Source: the human T2T-CHM13v2.0 reference genome, Homo sapiens. Taken from it: a DNA stretch of 64,000 bases. The notes under the pieces are model-generated. The model saw nothing but the letters and a program-made list of their open reading frames with translations. It was not told where the DNA came from and did not search any database. Location of the stretch: assembly GCF_009914755.1 (NCBI RefSeq), contig NC_060926.1, one strand, 5' to 3'. Made by a program: the position numbers and the translations under genes. Below, one piece after another: positions 53,969 to 64,000 of this stretch (the first letter of the stretch is position 1; each line of letters opens with the position of its first letter).

Positions 53969-54644
53969 TTGAGAAAAATGGTGGGAAGGAAATGAAGCAA
54001 TACAGGAGACAATTGTTTATGATCCAGCCTCCTCATGGCCATCTCTGCTGGAAACAGGCTTGAAACAACTTTGTAAAGTATTGTATCTCCTCTGCTTGAT
54101 TTCTTTTTGGCCACCTTGAAGTCCGAGGTGCTTACAAGGAACCAACATTGGGGTCACTGGCTTTCATATTTTGTTGTTGCTCATTATAGCCCAGAGTTGG
54201 CCCCTAATCCATGCCTTACTCCTCTCCTCTTCATTCTTTAATATTAAATTCTTAATTTCTGGAACTCCCATCTCAACTAGGCTTAGTGACTGCCTAGAAT
54301 ATTTACCTAATTATCCAATGACAAGCAGAAGATGGCTGATGTGGGAGCGGTCACCCTCAAATAAGCAGGAGTCCCTCCCTATATGCTTTTGACTTTATTC
54401 CTGGCTTTCAACCTGAATCACCATGTAACTTATTATCACTGTTTGGCACAAAGGCTCTCTGTAACTAGTAATCACTACTATTGTTGAACACATATGCTCT
54501 TAAAGCTCAACTCCTATAATGTTTGCCTTTTTTTCATGTCTTTCTTACCCAGAGAAAATTACATATCTTCTTTAAAACAGCCATTTGGGAAAAAAAAGTA
54601 TGCTCTAAAGCCTTATAAATAAGATAAAAACATGAATTAATAAT

Positions 54645-55625
54645 TATTTTTAAATTTACTTTTTATTTCAGAACAAGTATAAAATTACAAAAAAGCTGTA
54701 AAAATATCACATAGAAGTTTCTAATACTTTTTATACCATTTACTCTAATGTGAACATCTTATATAACCATGGTGCATTTGTCAAAACTAAGAAATGAATG
54801 TCTGGAGATACTATTGACTAAATTGCAGACTTTATTTGTATTTCACCAGTTTTCTATTGATGGCCTTTTTCCATCCAGGATTCAACTGATGGTACTGCAT
54901 TGCAGCATGTCTTCATGCTCTCTGTCAATCTGTGACAATTTCAATTTCTCTTAATTCTCATAATCTTGACAGTTTTGAAGAACCCTGATCAAGCATTTTG
55001 TAGAATGCCCTTTGCTTAGTCAGTTTGGGTTTCTATAGCAGAATACCATAGCATGGGTGGCTTAAACAATGAACACTTATTTCTGGAGGCTGGGAAGTCC
55101 AAGATCAAGGTATCAGCAAATTTGCTGTCTGGTGAGGGTCTGCTTCCTGGTTTGCAGATGACCATTTTCTCATTGTATCCTTACATGAATAAGAGAAAAG
55201 AATATCTCTTTAGTGTCTCTTATACGAACACTAATCTCATGCACGAGGGTTCCATCCTTATGTAGCCTGTAATTAACCCCCAAAGATCCCACCACCAAAA
55301 CCATCACATTAGGGTTTAGGATTTTAACATATAAATTTCATGGGGATGCAAACATTCAGGCCACAGCATCTCTAATGTGGGTTTAGCAGATATTTTTCCC
55401 ATGGTCAGACTGGGTTGAGGTTTAGGGGAAAATGTCATGAAGGTGAGGTGTCCTTCTCGTCACATCATTTCAGGGAGTATGATGTCAAGTTTAATTACTT
55501 GGCTAAGTTAGTGTTTACCAAGTTCCTTCTCTGTAAATTTACTGTCTTTTCCCTTTCTATGCTCTATTCTTCAAAGTGAGTCACAAAGTCCAGCCCACAC
55601 TCAGGGGAGGGAGAATTAAGCTATA
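54645..55625 (-). mobile_element. L1MC-type LINE 3' UTR, split by an MLT1A LTR
   Basis: aacatcttatataaccatggtgcatttgtcaaaactaagaaat...ttccatccaggat...ttttgtagaatgccc; resumes at 55369. Confidence 0.75.
55012..55368 (-). mobile_element. MLT1A-type MaLR solo LTR
   Basis: cttagtcagtttgggt...ggtggcttaaacaa...ttctggaggctgggaagtccaagatcaagg...caaacattcaggccacagca. Confidence 0.88.
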
Positions 55626-56194
55626 ACCTAGAATCTTTTCACCTATTTCATCTCTGCCTGTAAGGTTGTTTCCTTTTGGATTCTAGACAGCTCCACCACT
55701 AGATGGACCACATTTATTTTAAGTTTTCTACTCCTTTTCGATGCACTTCCCTTTTTCCCTTTTCTTGAGACCAACTCTCTAAAACTTTCCAGTTTTCATC
55801 TGTTCAGCATCTATTCTCAGCAGCATTCATCTGATTTTGGCTTCCTCTGATGAAACTCGGCATGGCATAGCACAACTACTTTACTTTTCTAGTTCTCCAA
55901 ATTTTGAGTTGAAAGATGAGGTGTGTTGGGTTAGAAAATTATTGATGAAGAAACAAGGAGTCTAAGTCAGATTTAATAGATAAAGAGGTAACTCTCTTCA
56001 CGAGTTAACAACTGATTTCATGGACTAACTACCCCATGAATGTTGCGATGTGAGGATTGGAAAGAGAATCTAGGGAGATACAGAGCTTCTTAGGGGAGCA
56101 GACCCCTCTTTATTGATCTTTTTACATTCATCTCCTAAATTGTTACATGGCACTAAGTACATATCCAGTATGTGTGTGTTATTTATTGAGATGC

Positions 56195-56247
56195 TTTTGC
56201 CATTACGTTCAATGGCAAAAACCGCAATTACTTTTGCACCAACCTAA
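56195..56247. mobile_element. MADE1 (Hsmar1 mariner MITE) with one TIR truncated
   Basis: ttttgccattacgttcaatggcaaaaaccgcaattacttttgcaccaacctaa followed by TA. Confidence 0.95.
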
Positions 56248-56299
56248 TATATAGCTGTAGATTGAAATACACACATTTCTATATAATAGGCACTCAGAA

Positions 56300-56560
56300 A
56301 AAGCAGAGCACTAGGAAAAACAAAGCTTTTGCAGCTGGACTTCCTGGAAGATGGTGTAATTTAGACTTTGGATTTGAATCCCAGCTCAGCCCCTTACTAG
56401 CTGTGTGATCATGGGCAAGATATTTACCCTCCTTGTGCTCATCTGTAAAGTATATATATTATGAACACCTATGATATAGAGAAATGAGAAATAAGAGAAT
56501 TAATCTAGGTAAAGCACTTAGCAGAGTAGAATGCTAGTACATAAATATTTAATATTAATT
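56300..56560 (+). mobile_element. MIR SINE
   Basis: ggatttgaatcccagctc...cttactagctgtgtgatcatgggcaag...ctcatctgtaaa...gtaaagcacttagcaga. Confidence 0.8.
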
Positions 56561-58397
56561 TTAATACTGTTATTATTCATGATGCTTTAGGCATGGAGTA
56601 AGCCACAAGTTATTTTATAAAGTAAAATTACTGCACAACAAAAATACTAGAGCAATTCACTCAACACATTAACTGCAAAATATTAAATGGTTCCTATGTA
56701 GTAAATAACTCCATTTCTCTCTTTTAAAACAAAGTTATACATTTGCCTCTATCTTTTGTGCTAAATTTTCTTACAGTTTGGGTTCATTAATTTAAAATAT
56801 TTTACATTAAGATGTCTTTATTTAAAATATTTTAAATAAAGTTGTATGACTAAATATGAAAAGATGATCATGCCCACAAATTTTGGCTTTCTTTCCCTTG
56901 ATAAGTGGTTTCTAAGATGACTTCTGACATAGGCGTCCTGGACTTTGGGTATCCAGAGCAAGGCATAGGTCCTTTCTCTGACTCTGAGTTTAAGTTATGC
57001 AGATGACCTTGGCAGCATCTGAATATTTATCAATGGTGATCTTTATATAGGCATTCATTTTGGATATTCTAAAACAGAGATAAATTAACACATACATCTT
57101 TACCAATTAGGCTTTTTCCTCATTGGTAAATATGGTCATGAATTTTTGTAGACATAGTTTTGAGATTAGCTATGGACAACTCTTCCACCAAGTAATTTAG
57201 TTAGTGAGTTTAAAATATTGTGTGTGCCTACAAGTAGGTGATCCAAAAGAACTGCTGAGCTGGGTTACTGTGTATTAGCCTTCATTATGCAAATAACTGT
57301 CCCAAGGGAGCCATCCCAAAGACTATTAGCCTCTTTCACCTTTAATAACCTGAGATCTCCCATTCGTGATGTGTGCAGATGAAAATATGTTCTGCCTGTG
57401 GGTAAAGGTGTTATTAATGCATAATTCTTTAGCTTCCTTCCCTCTACACTGGAATTCTATTTTGGCAAACCTCTTGGGTTTGGTTGTCAGAGAGATAAAA
57501 GCTTGTGAACACTGCAGTAGAATCTTGAGTGAATCTTGGTAAATTTAGAGAGCCAGGTTACTCTTTTTGGACTACTCTTTATCTGTGAGTAATACTGCAT
57601 CTTCCCTTCACTGTTGTACAGCTGATTGTGTTGCACATGCTCTAACTGGCTCTCCCTGGGCTGGAAACCTTTTAAATGTGACCCTTTGTTCTCATCTATA
57701 GATGAGCTGAAATTGCCAGTTACATTTCAGGTACAGCCTCTGCTGCAGGAACAGCCGATTCACGGGTAATGTTAGTCTTATGCAGGTAGTGACTTTATCT
57801 GGAAGAAAGTCGGCTAAGGTCTTGGAAGGCTCAGAGGAAGTATTACCATTTGGTGGCTAGAACGGTCACTGTCACTTCCAAAAACAAAATCTAACATTAC
57901 AGCCTTCTAAAAAGGTACTCGCTTGATGCAGGTGTCTGCTGACATGCCTTGTGTGACATGAAGAGGGTGTGATAGTTCACAGGTCTGAAATAGTTACCAC
58001 GGGTATTCTCAGAAGTTAATCATCAGTAACTTCAACCTTGGAAAGGTTTGAGAAGACTACCAGAGTAAGTGTTAAACCTGATAGGCAGGATTTTCCAGCT
58101 TTGCTGATGTCATTTAATTAGGGTCCTACAAACAAAATAAATAAAATATATATTTGTTCCTACATTCTTTCTGCCACCCAGATTTCTGTGAGGTATTCCC
58201 TGTCTCAAGGAGACTTTGGGGCTTAGAAGGCAGACTGCTTTTCTTGGAATGGCCCATCGAGAGAGAGCCTCCTTATTAACCCCTAGTGTACTTGAAAACT
58301 TCATAACTTGACTTCATCTCATGTCTGAGGCAAGATATGTCTGAGCAGTTACCGGAAGATGGGCTAGTTTTGCATGCCCCAGGCACTTAAAAATATC

Positions 58398-58730
58398 AGC
58401 GTAGCACCGTGGCTTATGCCTGCAGTCTCAGCATTTGGGGAGGCTGAGGTGTGAGGATTGCTTCAGTCCAGGAGTTTGAGACCAGCCTGGGCAACATAGC
58501 AAGACCATCTCTAAAAAATAAATAAATAAATAAATAAATTAAAAAATATAAATTAGCTGGCCATGGTGGCACATGCTTGTAGTCCCAGCTGAGGGAGGCT
58601 GAGGTGGAAGGATCACTTGAATCCAGGAGGTAGAGGCTGCAGTGAGCTGTGATCAGGCTGCTGCACTCAGCCTGGGCAGCAGAGCAAAACCCTGTCTCAA
58701 AAAAAATAATAAGTCAAAAAGCAAAGAAAA
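58398..58730 (+). mobile_element. AluJ SINE, the only + strand Alu in the window
   Basis: J diagnostics ggattgctt, cctgggcaacatagcaagacc, gaggctgcagtgagct; expanded (TAAA)n linker. Confidence 0.92.
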
Positions 58731-59229
58731 AATTATATTAAAAATCAATCTACCATTTTGGGGAAAGAGGCGGTTGAATTTGTTACTTTTATTATCTATT
58801 TTAAATAATTTGTTTAATTTTATTTGAAGATTTTCTTATCTTTTCTTTTTCGTATATATGCTACATCACCTTCTTCCTTACCTCTCCACAGATCTGTCCT
58901 CTGTAAAACACTGTGCCCATGATTTTTTAGATATTAAAGCATATTTCACATTTTTCTTTGTTCTACATTGCTGAAGTCTGACCTCCCTTCACTTGACTCT
59001 CTTCATGGCACTTGGCTTTATTGATTTTTTTCCTTACTTTTTAAAAAATTATCTTGTTTGTGGTTTATCTTCAAGTGAGATCTATCTGTTTACTTTTTAT
59101 TCTCAGTCTTTAAGACCCTTATTTCTTCTCTCTTCTGATGTTTTTCATGTCCTGGAACATATTTGTTTGGCCAAACCTGTTCACATAACATCTTTAATTC
59201 TCTTCAGGGTTCTATAGCAACATGATCTC

Positions 59230-59347
59230 TTTAACCTTAGCAGTTCTTCTTCATAGATGAGAAACTGAGGCACAGCTAGGTCAGACAGTGTTTCTAAAAT
59301 CATACTGTGGAGTACTAGAAGAGTGAGAATTGTTTTTTGATTTCCAA
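59230..59347 (-). mobile_element. MIR fragment
   Basis: atagatgagaaactgaggcacag core. Confidence 0.65.
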
Positions 59348-59360
59348 GAGAAATTATTAA

Positions 59361-59508
59361 CCAGTGGATACCCCACTATATTGGCATCACCTGGGAACTG
59401 GTGAGATATTCATAATCTTAGGTCCTGCCCCAAGCCTACCAAATCAGCATCTGCATTTTATCAAGATCCCACATGATTCAAAGACACATTAACATTTGAG
59501 CAGTCCTG
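59361..59508. mobile_element. MER5A-type hAT-Charlie MITE
   Basis: ggcatcacctgggaact...aaatcagcatctgcattttatcaagatccc...cacattaacatttgagca. Confidence 0.8.
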
Positions 59509-60605
59509 AACTAGACCTCTCTGTTTTGGAGGACTGCTCTCTGAAAGAAACTACATAACAATGGTAAATTTCCTTTGCATTTATGAGGTTTCTCCTGAGT
59601 CCTAGCTGCCCTGATTGAAGATGAGAAGACAGACAGAAAACTAGGTCTTGGTTTCAGTATCTGTCTGATCTGTATTCTGCAATTTAGATTTCAGTTAAGT
59701 TGCACTTGTGGAGAATTTCAAGTAGCAAATGATGAAGCAAGTGGAGCACTCTTTTCTAGGCAATTAGTTTTCTCTGTGCTTATTTATTTGTGGTTCGCTG
59801 ATTCAATTTAGAATCCTCAAACTTCTGGGTGACTATAGGGGCATCATAGCTTTAACACAGCATTTAGTTGACATCTGTTTCTTTGACTATATTGTCTACA
59901 ATTTCCTGAGCACAGAGTAAAATATATCCAAGTGCTTCATGGGATATTTCAATATCCATAATGATTTTTATTATTTTCCCCAAAATGTAATAAAAGAGAC
60001 GTTATCTCCTTCATTCTCTTGACTGGATTTTAAATTTTGAGAAGGGGAACAGTATATGCATTTGACTGCCAGAGATGTAAAGTAAAATCTATTTGATATC
60101 AGAAGTAACACAAATCACTGGCATAGAAAACAGTTGTGAATATTTTCTCATGAGGAGAAAGTATTGTCAGATTTAACCACTATCATATCAGTTCAAGTAG
60201 AAGGTGGACATCCCAGTGTAGGATTTCACAGGACAAGAGTGGAGTAATCATGAAAAATGGGTGGAAAAGCAATTTCCAGCTGGAAAAGAAGAAAGAAAAC
60301 AAAGGTAGATCTTGAGGGATTTTAAAAAAAAAACACTTTTGAATATTTTTGTCTTTTAAAAAATTTTTCATTTCCAAATAAACAACCTTTTGATTTGAAA
60401 GACTATCAAGAAGGCATTGTAATTTGAGGCTGAATCCTGCGAAATCATGCATATCTCAGAGGTTTGAGATGGAATTTACTTATGTTCCTGAATGTTTGTA
60501 CCCACTGAGAGCAGTCTGTCCAAAGTTTACATGTGTTCAAGAGGATATGTGGCAATCCAGCAATATTCTGCAGACAGGAAGCCTCTGTCCAACATCATGA
60601 TTTGA

Positions 60606-60943
<338 letters not shown>

Positions 60944-60962
60944 TCACTGTTGCATTTTTAGT

Positions 60963-61010
<48 letters not shown>
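60963..61010. repeat. (TA)n(TG)n microsatellite
   Basis: Directly visible. Confidence 0.95.
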
Positions 61011-61013
<3 letters not shown>

Positions 61014-61014
61014 C

Positions 61015-61145
61015 TATATTTTTTTAGTAGAGATAGGGTTTCACCATGTTGGCCAGGCTGGTCTCGAACTCCCAACATCAGGTGATCTGCCCACCTCATC
61101 CTCCCAAAGTGCTAGGATTACAGGTGTGAACCACCACACCTGGCC
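61015..61145 (-). mobile_element. Alu left monomer only
   Basis: ttttagtagagat...tcaccatgttggccaggctggtctcgaactcc...ccacacctggcc; no right arm. Confidence 0.93.
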
Positions 61146-62678
61146 ACTGTTGCTTTTGCTAGACACTGTGGCAGGCCTCTGCAGCCTGATTTCCAGAAGC
61201 CCATCCCAAAATTAGGATAATTGGTAACATTATAACCTCTTTCACCCACAATTCACCAAATTCAACGCTTCTGTTTTTAATATAGTAGCAAGTCTGAATG
61301 GGACTAAAAGGCCTTTAGACAAAGGTTACAAGTAAAAAGTGCTCATCTTCAGAAATGTGCAGAAAAGACATCCAAACACCTGAAATAAAATACATCTTCT
61401 CCTTATTCACACACAGTGTTAACCCCCTTCACAAACTCATCGCAGATTAGAAAGCAGATGAGAAAAATAACGCAGCAATATCATGCGTGGCAGAATGGGA
61501 ACAAGAAATGACGGTTGATGTGATTTTCCACCCCCATCCCTCGTGGACTCATTACCCATATGTCTACAACGAGGAACATAATAGTGACTCCAAAATGGCT
61601 TTAGATTCTGGCCATGAGCTGCGCTGGCAGCTGTCTTCATACACATTCCCACTTTTGTGACCTTTTGGAGGGAGACCTACTTCTACTCTCCCCATGTTTT
61701 CATCCCACTGCTGAAGATTTATTGCCTGGATCTGTTAAAATTCCTTACCAGTTATCCATGATGATAACCTCACAATTACAGAAAGTTATGCAACTTCTGG
61801 AAAGCAAGATAAAATGCATCTTTCTTCCTCTTCGCTATGCTGATGCATTTATCTTCTCTTCAATTCTGAAATTCCTAAACTGTAGGAGATAGCATGTTCT
61901 TTGACATTTGTGCTGATGCTGCTGTTAGCCCTGTCTTTGTAGTTTAGGAGGTGCAAATTGATGTGATTTGAGAGAAAAATTTGAAATTCCCTGGCTTCCA
62001 CGCTAAATGTATGTACAACTTCTCATTTGAAATAGCAGGTTGTCTTAGTACCCAAAGTGAAATTTCTGTTGAAAATTCACAGTGATTCCCAGCAGTGTGC
62101 CAATTATGAGCCTTCTATAGTTTACACTTGAGATAACCTAGAATATGTTTGTTTTGTTATTCTAATTTCCTTCCTTCTTAGAATTACCTGCTACTGACTC
62201 TTGAAAATTAAGAACATACCATAACATGTGCTTAGAATTGTAGCTACATTGCGAAGCAGTTCCAGTGCACTTTTAAGGCATCTCAGGCAAAACACATTGT
62301 AGAAGACTTCAAGTTTGTATCTTCCATGTATTATTTTTCCATGCACCTTTGATATCTATTCCTTGAAAGAGAAGTAATGGAAAATGATAGGATTCTTAAA
62401 TAGGATTGATTCATTGGCATTGAGCATAGGATGTGGCTCTTGGCTATGTCTGTGAAAAGTTTGTGTGAAGAGTGGCCTATGTCCCTCCCACCTACTCTGC
62501 CATTGCTTGAAGTGCCGTTTCCATCAGCATCTCAAGGTCCTGGATTTCTGTGAGATAAATGTTTCATGCTTACTGAGCTCTAATGTGGTGGAGATGTTTA
62601 AAGGCTGAATTCAGGTAAGAGTCGTAGAGTACACACATAGATGTTGTCCGTGCTGTGCCACAGTTGAGTATTGGTGGT

Positions 62679-63080
62679 TTCTTTCATTCATTCATTCATT
62701 CATTCATTCATTCATTCATTCATTCATTCAACAAATACTGAATGCCCGTTATACAATCCTTTTTCTGCCCTTGAAATACAGCACTGAACAGGAAAACTGC
62801 CCCTGCCCTTAGAAGGCTTACTTCCTAGTAGGGGAGTCAGAGAGTAAGCAAATAGATGTAGTGATGGGTGGTATGTGGAAAAACAAAAGCAGGTAAGGAG
62901 AAGAGGATGGAGGCTGTCTTAGTACGGTCAGGGAAATCTATTTGAAGAGTTGATATTTGAGCAGAGATCGGAATAAAAATTGCAAATGAGTGATAATGGA
63001 CAAGAGATGTAGGTCTGGAAGAACATTCTAGTCATAGGAAGAAACGAGTATAAAAACCCTGGAGGCAGGACTGAATTAGA
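62679..63080 (-). mobile_element. L2a LINE 3' region with an expanded (TTCA)12 tail
   Basis: (ttca)12 at 62683-62730, then acaaatactgaatgcc...ccctgccctt...gcttacttcctagtagggg. Confidence 0.85.
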
Positions 63081-63084
63081 TGGA

Positions 63085-63765
<681 letters not shown>

Positions 63766-63771
63766 TTTAAA

Positions 63772-64000
<229 letters not shown>

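Overview
AT-rich, CpG-poor primate genomic DNA, almost certainly human or a close ape, since it carries AluY/S/J, THE1 and MADE1. I see no convincing protein-coding gene, CpG island, tRNA or rRNA. The ORF-track entries are Alu, L1, LTR, CR1 or microsatellite read-throughs, or short chance ORFs. The window is intergenic or deep intronic and is dominated by interspersed repeats: 9 Alu pieces, old L1M fragments, L2, MIR and L3/CR1 relics, about 11 MaLR solo LTRs (5 THE1, MSTC, MLT1), and hAT/Tigger/mariner MITEs. It also holds an internally deleted ERVL provirus with LTR16-type LTRs (about 26.1-30.2 kb) that carries four nested insertions. Repeat families were recognised by eye from remembered consensus sequences, so subfamily labels and the edges of old elements are approximate. 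I did not find a clearly novel biological system. The best leads are: a diverged ~100-bp duplication at 10.2/10.5 kb; five co-oriented THE1 LTRs, four with a DUX4-type motif and one in which it has become an AP-1 site; motif-dense candidate enhancers; an intact SETMAR-binding TIR; a 345-bp polypyrimidine tract; an orphan (TTTTA)19; and a speculative chain of + strand mini-exons.
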